This document shows, in pieces, positions 10,940-21,614 of a stretch of DNA of 64,000 nt. The DNA lies in the NCBI GenBank assembly GCA_963555755.3, contig OY820905.2:2368001-2432000 (forward strand), written 5' to 3'. The stretch's first letter is position 1. Every line of letters begins with the position of its first letter. Under the pieces are notes generated by a model. It saw only the letters and a list, made by a program, of their open reading frames with translations. It searched no databases and had not been told where the DNA came from. The stretch is from Nitrospirales bacterium (lineage in GTDB: Bacteria > Nitrospirota > Nitrospiria > Nitrospirales > UBA8639). The position numbers were made by a program, and so were the translations under genes.

Positions 10940-11236
10940 GGGAATGTTCAAAAAAGCATGCCCTGAGTCTTTCCGAAGGGTCCGCTTGCCAGCCGAAGCC
11001 GCTTCGGCGAAGGCTGGTCCAGTCCTGTCCTGAGCAGAGTCGAAGGAAAGGCCGCAGTCCTTCCCGGCCTTCGTAGCTCACTTCGGCGGAGTAGGCTTGA
11101 CGCGCGTAGCATACTCTCAGTACGTGAGCACGGCAAAAGGGCGACCTGCCTGCGCGAAGCCGCTCCGGCAGGCAAGGAACGCGCTGGCTTGTCAGCCGTA
11201 GCTTTAGCGAAAGCTGGCGGCGTTTTCAACATTCCC
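10940..11236. mobile_element. MITE family C loaded with multiple REP hairpins
   Basis: TIRs GGGAATGTTCAAAA / TTTTCAACATTCCC. Confidence 0.85.
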
Positions 11237-11321
11237 TATATACATCATTCACTTCCTCAGGAATGCTGAGGGGGAGAATGCAGGGGGTTCGTTTCCTGTT
11301 CAAGTCGATGACACCCATGAA

Positions 11322-11813
11322 ATGGGTATTTTGAATGAGAACACCGTTAAAGACCTATCGTGCAACTGTAACGGGACAGCAGTGATACAATACAATTTTT
11401 TGATGGTAGATTTTGACATGCTCAATGGTCCCACCAGGCAGATACCTGGTACGCAACATTCTCACGAGAACATCCCCGACCTTGACGAAGAGCCAGAGTG
11501 GATGAAATTGAGTACGGTCTGTCCTGCACCTGCCGGTCGCGTGTGTATTCGAGATCCTCGTGCCTGGCATGGAGGAGGTACACCTAATCTTTCCCATGAG
11601 GTTCGTGCTTTTCCAAACATGAAATACTATGCACCCTGGTTCAAGGAACCTATGCCTCTCTCCATGCCGAGGAAAATATACCACGGCCTGTCACAGCATG
11701 GACCATGGATTTCCAGGTACATCGTGGCAGACCAGGGCGAAGAAATAGATACCGGCTTCAGGAAAAATCCGGGTGGTACACCGCTGACCTCCAAAAGCAG
11801 GCCGTCCCCATGA
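11322..11813 (+). pseudogene. Phytanoyl-CoA dioxygenase (PhyH)-like fragment
   Basis: NGPTRQIPGTQHS and IRDPRAWHGG motifs; no recognisable N-terminal HxD region. Confidence 0.55.
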
Positions 11814-11868
11814 AACGCACGTATGCCGGGTCATGTCACTGCGGAAACATTAAAGACCGGGACCCAAA

Positions 11869-13383
11869 TTGAAACGTGTCTCGGCTCGAAACAGGTCCGC
11901 AGTGCTTGGTCTGATCACCTGCGTTGTCGCCTCGGTGATCATCTGGCACACACGACCAATGGATGTGCAGGGCCACTATGGCCTCTGGTCTTTGTTGCCC
12001 GCTGCAGTAACGATCACTATCTGTTTTGTCACACGGAACGTATTGCTTGCCCTGCTGCTGGGTATCTTCACCGGCGGCCTCTTAATTGGTCGCCTGAATA
12101 TTATCGATGCGTTTCTCGTGCCGAGCCTGGGGAGTGAAAGATATGCCCAGATACTTCTCGTGTATCTGTGGGCACTCGGCGGGCTTTTAGGCCTGTGGAA
12201 TCACAATGGTGGGGCACGCCACTTTGCCAAAACCATGGCGGCTCGATTTGTGCGTTCGAGGATTTCGGCCAAGGTCTTCGCCTGGATCATGGGCATCATA
12301 TTTCATCAGGGAGGAACCATCAGCACTGTGCTAACCGGGACAACCGTTAAGCCGGTTTCTGATAAACACCATGTTGGTCACGAAGAACTCGCGTATGTGG
12401 TGGATTCCACGGCATCACCAATTGCCACCATCATTCCCTTTAATGTCTGGCCGATCTACGTCGCTGGATTGATTACCATCGAGCCACTGGCCGGACTTGT
12501 TGATTCTGAAGCGGATGCCATTGCGCTTTTCCTTCAAGCTATCCCTTTTAATTTTTATGCGTGGGTTGCGGTGGGCATGACGTTGTTGTTTGCCATGGAT
12601 CGACTGCCACTCTTGAATACGCCGATGCGGCGGGTCATTGACCGTGTCACATCTACCGGTGAACTGGATTTTGAACATGCGGTTCCGATGATGTCACCAG
12701 AACTGACTGAATCTCGACTTGCCGAGGGTTACACGCCGGCGATGATTGATTTCCTTGCACCCATCGGTACGCTCATGGGTTTTTGCATTGTTCCTTGGCT
12801 ACTTGGTGGTACACCTCTCGTTTTTGAGGGATTTGGGCTCGCCGTCGTGGTGGCGCTCATTGTTAGCGTGTTGCGCGGAATGTTGGTCGCTGATGCCTTC
12901 GATGCTGTCGTCACTGGTATCAAGGGCGTGACTGTTGGCGCAATTGTATTAGGGCTCGCTGTCACGTTGGCGACCGTGTCAGAGCAGCTAGGCACATCCG
13001 TTTACGTCGTGGAAGCGACATTGGATTGGCTCCAAACCCGGCCGTTTATTTTACCCAGCTTGCTGTTACTGATCTGCATGCTGGTTTCTTTTTCTATTGG
13101 CTCTTCCTGGGGCACTTACGCAGTAATTTTCCCCGTTGCACTGCCACTCGCATTCGCGCTGTCCCAGGATCCGACCTTCATCCTGCTCAGTTTTGGGGCC
13201 ATTCTCGGCGGGGGAGTGTTTGGCGACCAATGCTCTCCCGTTTCCGACACCACGATACTGTCAGCATTGGCCTGCGGCTCAGACCTGATGGATCATGTCA
13301 CGACACAGCTACCACTTGCCACTTTCGCCGCAGGAGTTTCTGCCGTTGCCTATCTGGCCCTAAGTTATATCGTCCTGGGTTGA
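11869..13383 (+). CDS. Na+/H+ antiporter NhaC family transporter
   Basis: ELAYVVDSTASP, SFSIGSSWGT, GGVFGDQCSPVSDTTILS, DHVTTQLP; start uncertain. Confidence 0.85.
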   Translation: MKRVSARNRSAVLGLITCVVASVIIWHTRPMDVQGHYGLWSLLPAAVTITICFVTRNVLLALLLGIFTGGLLIGRLNIIDAFLVPSLGSERYAQILLVYLWALGGLLGLWNHNGGARHFAKTMAARFVRSRISAKVFAWIMGIIFHQGGTISTVLTGTTVKPVSDKHHVGHEELAYVVDSTASPIATIIPFNVWPIYVAGLITIEPLAGLVDSEADAIALFLQAIPFNFYAWVAVGMTLLFAMDRLPLLNTPMRRVIDRVTSTGELDFEHAVPMMSPELTESRLAEGYTPAMIDFLAPIGTLMGFCIVPWLLGGTPLVFEGFGLAVVVALIVSVLRGMLVADAFDAVVTGIKGVTVGAIVLGLAVTLATVSEQLGTSVYVVEATLDWLQTRPFILPSLLLLICMLVSFSIGSSWGTYAVIFPVALPLAFALSQDPTFILLSFGAILGGGVFGDQCSPVSDTTILSALACGSDLMDHVTTQLPLATFAAGVSAVAYLALSYIVLG

Positions 13384-13394
13384 TGGGTTTTCTA

Positions 13395-13652
13395 GGAGCC
13401 TGTCCCAGATTAGACGAATCTACTGCGGGGGTACTGGGTGTGGCCAGATCTTCCGATCCTTTTCGGGGAATGTTGAAAAAGGCCGCCAGCTGCGTTCTCG
13501 GGCTTGCTGGACGGCCCCCCGCCTCCGCGAGGGCATGCTTTTTGAACATTCCCCGTTTTCGTTGAATAGTCCCACTATTCGCCTCACACGATCGAAACAT
13601 CTGACTCAAACCAGCACACCCTCGTCACAATTGCTCATCTCGGACAGGCTCC
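13395..13652. mobile_element. MITE family B::C composite (inverted)
   Basis: Reverse complement of 4295-4607, CTAG flanks. Confidence 0.9.
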
Positions 13653-13812
13653 TAGCATTGATGCGCTTGGATAAACGCTGAGGGTTACCGTAGATAATTT
13701 CTTCGTTCCAGAAGACCCCTCTCCCCACAGGGGCGAGGGAGAAATACGATTTCTCCCTCTTTCCGAATGAACCATTATCATTTCGAGTAATGGAATGTTC
13801 TGTCCGTCTTAC

Positions 13813-14296
13813 GCGTTGGGCGCGGCTGGGCTACTACCCCGAATCGACCCCTTCGGCGAGCACTGTCTGAGCGAAGAGGTGGCTTTGCACCTCAGAGCGA
13901 GTTGCGCAGCCATCATGATTCGGGGTAGTTGACGGATCATGCAGAATTTAGGGTTCTGGCAGCACAATACGATCAGGTGCACATAAATTTATGGCACTCC
14001 TCGTGGGTTATGTCGCCTCTCCTTTTGAGCGAATTGCGTCGTCTTTTATTTTTTGGTAGCTGCAGCTTCCTGGCGTCATAGCCCCTTGGTCCGTGGGAAG
14101 AGGGCACGATACGATCGTGCAGCTACACAAGAAAGAACGCTCACAGGAAGCAAAGCCATGGCCAAGAAACTCCATGTGGCCAGAATTGGATGGCGGTAGG
14201 ATAGAACCATATATTCTGTATGATCCTAGTTGACCAGGCACCCGCAGAGCCTGCCCCCGCGGAGGCGGTTTGGCGCGCGGGGACGAAACCCCCGCA
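13813..14296 (-). repeat. Repeat family E (reverse) interrupted by element H
   Basis: E head at 14275-14296 and E tail at 13813-13925. Confidence 0.7.
13934..14226. mobile_element. Non-autonomous element H with 8-bp TSD
   Basis: TIRs GGATCATGCAGAAT / ATTCTGTATGATCC flanked by direct repeat TAGTTGAC. Confidence 0.85.
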
Positions 14297-14343
14297 TTTA
14301 AAAAAAACGTTCCGTTTAAAAATGCCAAATAGGTAGGGAAAGC

Positions 14344-16722
14344 TTAACTTCCCGCTACGGTTGCCTGGTCTGCTTCGGCAACCGACTCCCTTTGATCTTT
14401 CTTGGAGAAAAATTCCCAAGCTTGGTTGGGGATGGGGAGACGGCGTTCTTCTTCTACGGCCAATCGGTAATGGGTTTTGGCGCGGGCATAATCGCCGATG
14501 CGGTGATAGAAGTCGCCAGCTTTGAGATGCGTATCTACCTTCATCGGCTCTTCGGCTTGCGCCGCCCTGACTTTGCCCTGCCATTGTCGGTATTCCCATT
14601 TGGCATGACTCCAGAGTGATTTGATCTCCGGATTTTCAGGAAATTCCTCTCGGGCTTTCTCCGCCTGTGCCACGGCTTTGGTGAGTTGATGCTGATCCAA
14701 GCAGAGACGAATCGAGAGCACGGCTTCGGATAATACGAGCCGAGATTCTGATTTTTTCTGCGCATACCTTTCCACACACCTGTGTGCCTTTTCAAACATC
14801 TGAAGATTCAGAAATCCTTCGGCGATATCTAACCAGGTCGGCGAACCATCAGGTTGCGGGAGGCGTGTTTCCAGCTCTCGCCATTGTTCAAGTCGCTGGG
14901 TGAATTCCTGGAGTTTTTCACCCAATGACGGAGCCGTTCGAGACAAGCCGCCGTAATAGCGGAGACCCCGTTCAATTTGCTTTTCATGTTTGTCTTTGGG
15001 ATCGGTGAGAGCATCAAGGGTCTCCGTGTCTTCGGCTAACTGCCGTTCGAGATCAATGTTCATCCAATGTAACAGTTCCCGTATTTTGGGATAGCGGGGA
15101 ATGAGATTCGTCAGGCGCTCGACCTTTTTACCTAACTGCTGAAATTCCTTATCGGCCACCTGGGCACGTTGCCAGCGTTCTTTCATGGTCGTCAATAATG
15201 CACAGACGTGATCACTGGTGCGCCGTACCCGAAACACGTCACGCAACCGTTCCCGCACTTCCTGCAATAGAGGCGGCCAATCGATACTCGACGATTGGCT
15301 GCGCGTATCACCTAATTGATCAATGACTCCGCCGATCGGACCTTGACAAAATTCCGCCACGGCATCTCCGAGTAAATACAGCTTCGCGCCCTCAATGGGA
15401 AGCCCGCCTTCATTCGCGTGAATGACGGTGCCAGGAAACTGCCGAATCTTCTTTTCAAGGATGGATTTATAGTTCAGAAACGTGGGATTCGTTTTTACAG
15501 TCTTCCCAAATATATCCTGGACCGGGTGTCCATTGGCCACGGTGGCGGCATTTTCACTCTCGGTCAAATAACTGCCATGTTTCACGTGCATCCCATCATC
15601 GGTATAACAGAGATCCTGGCCTGCGAGAATAATCGTGGAACACCCCATCCATTGCGCGAGATTAAACCCAACATGCACCTGGCACATGCACTCGGTATCG
15701 ATGGCACCTTTGGGCAACCAGAACTCCTGGAGCCATTGATACACCGGGATGGCCGCATCCAACGTGAATTGGGGACCGGGAAAATGCTTCGGAATGTGTG
15801 AAAATGCGGCAGGGTGAAACACCAAGGCGACTTCAGGCGGGATTTCGAATCCCTGAAATTTTCGATAGGTTTCTTTTTGCGGATCGACACTCACCACAAA
15901 ATCCGGCACGATCCCACGAAGCAGCAGATAGCCAAGAGCGGTGTCCGCGGTGATGATCACGGACCGACCTTTGGCGGCCTTCAACTGATGCACGTTTTTC
16001 TCCAGCGACGGGCCTGCGGCCACGAGTATGGCAGACATGCCCTCACATCGATTTTTTAATGCTGCCACGCCTTGGGCGAGCATGATGTGCGGAACATTGC
16101 TCAGCACGCTGTCGATAAACATCGGCCCACGGCGGATCAAGGCATTCCGTGCCGCTTTCACAATGCTTGGGATTCGGTCCAATTCCTGCTCAGCCGTCTC
16201 GCCATACGTCTCCGGGTCTAATCGAAACGCCGGTTCATAGCTGATGACCCGTAACGTGCCGTCGGTCTGCCCGACAAACTTCGTGCAGCAATCTCGAAGC
16301 TTCCCCTCTCTCCCCACAACCAGCTTCACTCGTGGTGAGTCGAGAATTTCCGTCAGATCGACTTCTCGCAAGGCCGTAAGAAAAATTGCCGGATCGGCCT
16401 CGTACACAATCAGCCGCGAGTGCACATCCAACCGACGAACTACGGCCAGTGCGAAATACCCCAACTCCAACCCTAACGAAACCGTGACACCCTGAAGCGA
16501 AGCCGCCATTCGCTCGACCGTGCCCTCTGCCACGCTTAACGGATCTTGTGGATCATGCAGTTCAATGATCTCCCCAGCTGAACTGCGAACGACCAACCGC
16601 GGGGTGCCAGTCGATGTCAGTTCGACTTGAATATGGTCGGTAGAAATCGTTTGGGTAGTCAGATCCACCAACTCCGGGTGATGCACCTTCAATGCGTCCA
16701 CGTTCTTCTCATAGATGGTCAT
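14344..16722 (-). CDS. Motility-associated factor (Maf/DUF115, MptE-like domain) glycosyltransferase with C-terminal TPR-like region
   Basis: AILVAAGPSLEKN, IVPDFVVSVDPQ, MGCSTIILAGQDLCY, ANEGGLPIEG. Confidence 0.85.
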   Translation of the reverse strand: MTIYEKNVDALKVHHPELVDLTTQTISTDHIQVELTSTGTPRLVVRSSAGEIIELHDPQDPLSVAEGTVERMAASLQGVTVSLGLELGYFALAVVRRLDVHSRLIVYEADPAIFLTALREVDLTEILDSPRVKLVVGREGKLRDCCTKFVGQTDGTLRVISYEPAFRLDPETYGETAEQELDRIPSIVKAARNALIRRGPMFIDSVLSNVPHIMLAQGVAALKNRCEGMSAILVAAGPSLEKNVHQLKAAKGRSVIITADTALGYLLLRGIVPDFVVSVDPQKETYRKFQGFEIPPEVALVFHPAAFSHIPKHFPGPQFTLDAAIPVYQWLQEFWLPKGAIDTECMCQVHVGFNLAQWMGCSTIILAGQDLCYTDDGMHVKHGSYLTESENAATVANGHPVQDIFGKTVKTNPTFLNYKSILEKKIRQFPGTVIHANEGGLPIEGAKLYLLGDAVAEFCQGPIGGVIDQLGDTRSQSSSIDWPPLLQEVRERLRDVFRVRRTSDHVCALLTTMKERWQRAQVADKEFQQLGKKVERLTNLIPRYPKIRELLHWMNIDLERQLAEDTETLDALTDPKDKHEKQIERGLRYYGGLSRTAPSLGEKLQEFTQRLEQWRELETRLPQPDGSPTWLDIAEGFLNLQMFEKAHRCVERYAQKKSESRLVLSEAVLSIRLCLDQHQLTKAVAQAEKAREEFPENPEIKSLWSHAKWEYRQWQGKVRAAQAEEPMKVDTHLKAGDFYHRIGDYARAKTHYRLAVEEERRLPIPNQAWEFFSKKDQRESVAEADQATVAGS

Positions 16723-17011
16723 AAGCCTCAGAACCTTTCGTTAGGTATTGTGGGAAGCGAGAGATCCAAAATCTAGCATTACGTATTTACAACTAATCCA
16801 ATTTTTATACATGAAACTGAGCCGTTCTCCGACAGCACAATGGCAAAGAGCTCCTGCTAAAATATATTCAACAGTTGTGCCAAAGTGCGCTTGGATCCCC
16901 GAACACCTCATTCGCTTGATTTTGCAGCAGTTTTGTTGTCACGCACTCCCTGTCCTCAATCAATTTCTTCCGTGTAGGTTTCCCTGCACTGGGCAATGCT
17001 TTCCCAGCTGA

Positions 17012-17131
17012 GGGACTGTTCAAACTGGCCACCAGCGGCGTTCTCGGACCTTTGTCGTCCTCACGTACTCAGCGTACGCTCCGGGCGCCAAAGGCCCTGC
17101 GGCCTTGCTGGAGGCCAGTTTGAACAGTCCC
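17012..17131. mobile_element. MITE family C variant
   Basis: TIR GGGACTGTTCAAACTGGCC, shared internal core. Confidence 0.8.
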
Positions 17132-17200
17132 TGTATCCAAGGGGCATCTCACCCACTCGTTACCTTGACAAGCAAAGAAAGCTGGTGCTACGTCCTGGGC

Positions 17201-17971
17201 ATGCTGCAATCCGTTGAAAAAACCGTGGGCGCACCGGAAGGGAAGACCGTTTCGCAATGGTCGGGTACTCCACGAGAGCAAGCCGTTCAACGAATGTTCA
17301 GCGCGATTGCACGCAGCTACGACCTGAATAATTCGCTACTCAGCTTTGGGTTACATCACCATTGGAAGCGTCGGGCGATCGAGCTGGTGCCGGAATGTGC
17401 ACAGGCTGGACGAGCCTTGGATCTCGGAGCAGGAACCGGGGATTTGGCCATTCTTCTCGATCAACGGATGGGGGCTGAGGGGAACGTGGTCGCGACGGAC
17501 TTGAACTTTGACATGCTCAAAGTCGGAGTTCAAAAAATTTCCAAGCGTGGGCTCTCTTCCCGCATCACGTGTGTACGAGGCAACGCCGAAGGCCTCGTCT
17601 TTCACACTGACACGTTCGACGCCGTGACCGCAGGATTTTGCATTCGCAACGTCGGCAACATCCCCCAAGCCTTTGCAGAAATTTATCGTGTACTCAAACC
17701 GGGCGGGCGTTTCGTGTGCCTTGAGTTTTCACGACCCATCTACTCTTGGCTACGAACCATGTACGATTGGTATTCCTTTCACCTCCTTCCAAAAATCGGA
17801 AGATGGGTCGCACGAGACCACACCGATGTCTATGAATATTTGCCGGCATCCATCCGCGCGTTCCCCAATCAAGAACGTCTGGCCACCATGCTTCGACAAG
17901 CCAACTTCTCACACGTGGAATATCGCAATCTGACTGGCGGCATTGTGGCCATTCATATCGCGGTCAAATAA
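17201..17971 (+). CDS. ubiE: UbiE/MenG family quinone C-methyltransferase
   Basis: VQRMFSAIARSYDLNNSLLSFGLHHHWK, LDLGAGTGD, VLKPGGRFVCLEFS, YEYLPASIRAFP. Confidence 0.9.
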   Translation: MLQSVEKTVGAPEGKTVSQWSGTPREQAVQRMFSAIARSYDLNNSLLSFGLHHHWKRRAIELVPECAQAGRALDLGAGTGDLAILLDQRMGAEGNVVATDLNFDMLKVGVQKISKRGLSSRITCVRGNAEGLVFHTDTFDAVTAGFCIRNVGNIPQAFAEIYRVLKPGGRFVCLEFSRPIYSWLRTMYDWYSFHLLPKIGRWVARDHTDVYEYLPASIRAFPNQERLATMLRQANFSHVEYRNLTGGIVAIHIAVK

Positions 17972-17976
17972 GATCA

Positions 17977-19605
17977 ATGGACTCCGTCCTTTACGTATTT
18001 CTCCCGTGCAAAAAGGTATACCCGACCGGGATCACCTACCTCGCCGACTTTATTCATCGCCGCCGCCCTGACGTTCGTCAACGCATCGTGGATCTCTCCC
18101 TCTACCCACGGTCTGAACGCCAACGAATTCTCCGAGAGACGGCTGCTGAGTTCAAACCTGAACTCGTGTGTTTCTCCTGGCGCGACATTCAAATTTTTTC
18201 TCCGCATGAAGGCGATGCGTCTTTGGAGCATGCGTTTAATTTTTACTACTCCAGCAATCCGCTCAAGCGAATCGTTGCCTCGTTCCAAGGCTTGCAGAAT
18301 CTCTATCGCTACTATCAAGACATTCGCTCGAATCTGTCATACCCCTGGCTGATGGATAAAGAATTTCCACAGACTCGACTCATGATCGGTGGTGGCGCCT
18401 TTACCGCATTTGCCGATCAACTCATTGAAAAACTTCCCAAAGGGATCCTCGGCATTCTGGGCGAAGGGGAAGATGCCATTCTGAAGGTCCTGAACAACGA
18501 ACCCCTGACAGACGAACGATTCATCGTGCGCGAATATGGCTCCATTCAAAAAGGCACCAAGCATACTCCGGCTATGCTGGATTCCTTAACCGTTGACCTT
18601 CCCTACCTCACGTCGATTTTTCCGCAGTACCAGGAATACGTGGGCGAATGTATTGGCGTTCAAAGCAAACGCGGGTGCCCCTACGATTGTTCGTTTTGCC
18701 TGTATCCCTATATCGAAGGAAAACGTGTGCGGTATCGACCAGCGGAAAATGTGGTGAAAGATATTTCGCAGTATTATCACCAGTGGGGCGCACGACGGTT
18801 TTGGTTTACGGATGCCCAATTCATCACGGGCAAAGACGCGTACCCGCAATGCACGGAAATTTTGGAACGGATTATTAAGGAAGGGCTGGACATTGAATGG
18901 TCCGGCTATATACGGACGTCGTTGATCACGGCGGATTTTGCCAAGCTCATGGTGAAGTCTGGCGTCGGTGATTTGGAAGTGGCTATCACCGCTGGCTCGC
19001 AAAAGGTGCTGAACAGTATGCACATGGGGTTCAAACTTGAACACCTGTACGACGGATGCCGTCATCTCAGCAATGCGGGATTCAAAGGCCGCGTCATTCT
19101 CAACTACTCGCTCAACTCACCAGATGAAACCGAGGAAACCCTGCTGCAAAGCATTGAATCGTATAAAGTGGTCGCGTCGATCCTGGGCGAAGATCGAGTG
19201 TTCCCCTTAATGTTCTTCTTGGGCGTTCAACCCAACACGGATTTGGAGCAACGCTTGCTGTCCGAAGGCTATCTCTCGGCGGGCTATAATCCACTGAGCC
19301 TCACCCCTTGGAATATCAAAAAATTGCTGTACAACCCTGCGCCCTTAAACAAACTTATCGCCAAAGCCTGCCTCACGGCATGGGATCGGAAACACGGCAG
19401 CCGCGACCCTCGCAAATGGACCGGCAGCCTCAGCCAAAGCGCCACACAAGATCATGGACACAAATATGCAGACCAAAGTCTCGCCAAAGGCTTCGAAACC
19501 AATTCCGGACGCGATGCCCTTCTCACCCTTGAGGAAATCCTTCGGTCGAGAAAACTTAAAACCGACTCACCTGCCACCTCAGCCCCTACACACACAAATT
19601 CCTAA
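17977..19605 (+). CDS. Cobalamin-binding radical SAM protein, similar to the cyanobacterial Slr0320 family; candidate quinone methyltransferase
   Basis: KRGCPYDCSFCLYPYIEG CxxxCxxC; N-terminal YPTGITYLAD..FSWRDIQI..AFNFYY; 5 bp after ubiE. Confidence 0.8.
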   Translation: MDSVLYVFLPCKKVYPTGITYLADFIHRRRPDVRQRIVDLSLYPRSERQRILRETAAEFKPELVCFSWRDIQIFSPHEGDASLEHAFNFYYSSNPLKRIVASFQGLQNLYRYYQDIRSNLSYPWLMDKEFPQTRLMIGGGAFTAFADQLIEKLPKGILGILGEGEDAILKVLNNEPLTDERFIVREYGSIQKGTKHTPAMLDSLTVDLPYLTSIFPQYQEYVGECIGVQSKRGCPYDCSFCLYPYIEGKRVRYRPAENVVKDISQYYHQWGARRFWFTDAQFITGKDAYPQCTEILERIIKEGLDIEWSGYIRTSLITADFAKLMVKSGVGDLEVAITAGSQKVLNSMHMGFKLEHLYDGCRHLSNAGFKGRVILNYSLNSPDETEETLLQSIESYKVVASILGEDRVFPLMFFLGVQPNTDLEQRLLSEGYLSAGYNPLSLTPWNIKKLLYNPAPLNKLIAKACLTAWDRKHGSRDPRKWTGSLSQSATQDHGHKYADQSLAKGFETNSGRDALLTLEEILRSRKLKTDSPATSAPTHTNS

Positions 19606-19743
19606 ACCTTCTCTCTTCCTCTAAACAGGGGACAGAGGACTTTCGGGTCAGTTTTTGGGCCAGACTCAAATAAAATAGCGAATCCTTTTACGTATGAGAT
19701 ACGGTGATCGTTTAATCGAGTCTGACCCCTAATTAATTAAAAA

Positions 19744-19776
19744 AACGGCCCACCGGAGGATTCCGAGTGGGCCGTT
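19744..19776. terminator. Stem-loop between convergent genes
   Basis: AACGGCCCAC...GTGGGCCGTT with A-run on the left, i.e. U-tract on the minus strand. Confidence 0.6.
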
Positions 19777-19915
19777 CACCAAAAGGAGGAGACGCCATGT
19801 GAGTTCACTATCTCCCAGATTCTGGATTCAGGCTATGCGTCAGATGACGTAGTACAAATGGGGAAGGAAACCGGACTGAGCATTTTGATTGTGTTGGGAT
19901 CAGGGCAAGCGGCTT

Positions 19916-21268
19916 TCACAATTTTCGACCTTGTGAAACAGGCCTTTCCACACCACTCACCTCTGTGGGAGGCTCGATCGAAAAACCGCTGTCGTGAAGC
20001 TGATAGGTCCCCACGGCATGGGCAGCCAACAGCAATACTCCCGATAGACACACCATGGAAATCGTCAACGAATTCATTTGTATGAATCCCAAACGACATT
20101 TCCGCAATTGATAGCTAACCCACGACATGACAGCCAACGTCAAGCCGAAAAAAGGGAACCATGCCTGATGTGTCCATTTTTCTGGATCACCAGTACTCAC
20201 GGCGCCCAACATCCCGACGATAAACCACATGATTCCAAACGTGACCGGACGTAATTCTTTTGTGTGTGAACTTGCCCATACCATTCGACCCAAGAGGACA
20301 ATACAGAACATCCCGGCGAGAAAGCGCGGATCAAATATGGAAAGTGGAATATCCCATACGATATCTTCGGTCATCACAAAGGGAATACAGAAGCGTTGCA
20401 CGTAGTGCAGCCAAAGAAACGGTTGGAGCAAAAGCGCATCGGCAATGTTGCCTCTACCCATTTCCTGTAAGGGGGTCACGCTATCAAGAAACAACAACAG
20501 CGCCATCCCCGTGAGAAAAGCCGGAAGGACTTTGCCCAGAGCATGTCGAATTTTTGGCCATGCGTTGGCTGAGCATAATTCTCGGCAAGAAAGCCTTTTC
20601 TCAAATAACAGCACATAGACCAACAGCAGTGGAATAAACAGCACACCCAAGGGATGAGCCAGAGTTCCAAGCATCATGGGAAGAAGATACAGGTGCGAAT
20701 GACGCCAGGTGGGCAGGCAACCATACAACAAAAAACTTCCGACCACCCCAAGCGTGGCGAGCAAACTGGCTCGCGAGGAGATTTGGCTCAGCATTTCAGC
20801 ATTCGCGATATGCACACAACACAGCAAGGCTGCCACGAGGGCGACGTACGTATTTGACCAATGCCTGCCCGCTCGATCAAGGAAGAACTGACCTACCACT
20901 GCGAAACCCATGCCGAGGAACACAACCAAGATAAATTGCGTGAGATGAAATTGCCAGGGATCCAGACCACCGGCTATCCAATAATCCCACGCAAACGACA
21001 AAGATACCAACGGTCGATACGGGACATCAGCCGGAATGCTCAAGACATCTCGAGGATTCGAAAACAATTGAGGAATCGATTCGAGACTTTGAATGTACAG
21101 GTTGTCTCGAATGACCTGGCGATCTCCAAACTGGAAGGATTGGTGAAGAAAATTGGAATAGGCAGCGATAAGTAACACCACAGCCGCCAGGGATGCCCAG
21201 AGAACCCCGATATTTTCATGTGGCTTCTTCTGAGATGAACCGGAAGGGTGAGCGGATTGAACCTCCAT
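19916..21268 (-). CDS. TMTC-like GT-C membrane protein lacking TPRs
   Basis: FQFGDRQVIRDN, YRPLVSLSFAWDY, FHLTQ, many TM helices; start uncertain. Confidence 0.7.
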   Translation of the reverse strand: MEVQSAHPSGSSQKKPHENIGVLWASLAAVVLLIAAYSNFLHQSFQFGDRQVIRDNLYIQSLESIPQLFSNPRDVLSIPADVPYRPLVSLSFAWDYWIAGGLDPWQFHLTQFILVVFLGMGFAVVGQFFLDRAGRHWSNTYVALVAALLCCVHIANAEMLSQISSRASLLATLGVVGSFLLYGCLPTWRHSHLYLLPMMLGTLAHPLGVLFIPLLLVYVLLFEKRLSCRELCSANAWPKIRHALGKVLPAFLTGMALLLFLDSVTPLQEMGRGNIADALLLQPFLWLHYVQRFCIPFVMTEDIVWDIPLSIFDPRFLAGMFCIVLLGRMVWASSHTKELRPVTFGIMWFIVGMLGAVSTGDPEKWTHQAWFPFFGLTLAVMSWVSYQLRKCRLGFIQMNSLTISMVCLSGVLLLAAHAVGTYQLHDSGFSIEPPTEVSGVERPVSQGRKL

Positions 21269-21614
21269 GAGAATGAATATGCTTTGGTCTTTCAAAGGGT
21301 TAACAAAATCTCGGAAGAGGTGCGATATACACATCAATCATGCACATGCATGCCGGCCAAGACACTAGTCTCCAATTGCCAGAATGACTAGACTCGATGA
21401 AGACTGACATTACCTGAGACAGATTGACTTCCTCGTGGTAAACCGGCGCAACGACTGTGACAGAGTGGGGTCTCCCCTATTTCTCACGCTATTTCATCTC
21501 CCATGATAGCAATTCAGGTTACATCCGCCATATACGCAAAATTCCTACTTCCCTCAATAGGAGCATTCCTCGGAAAGTATTTCCCAGATCCAAAAACCCC
21601 GCCTGTAAAGCTAC

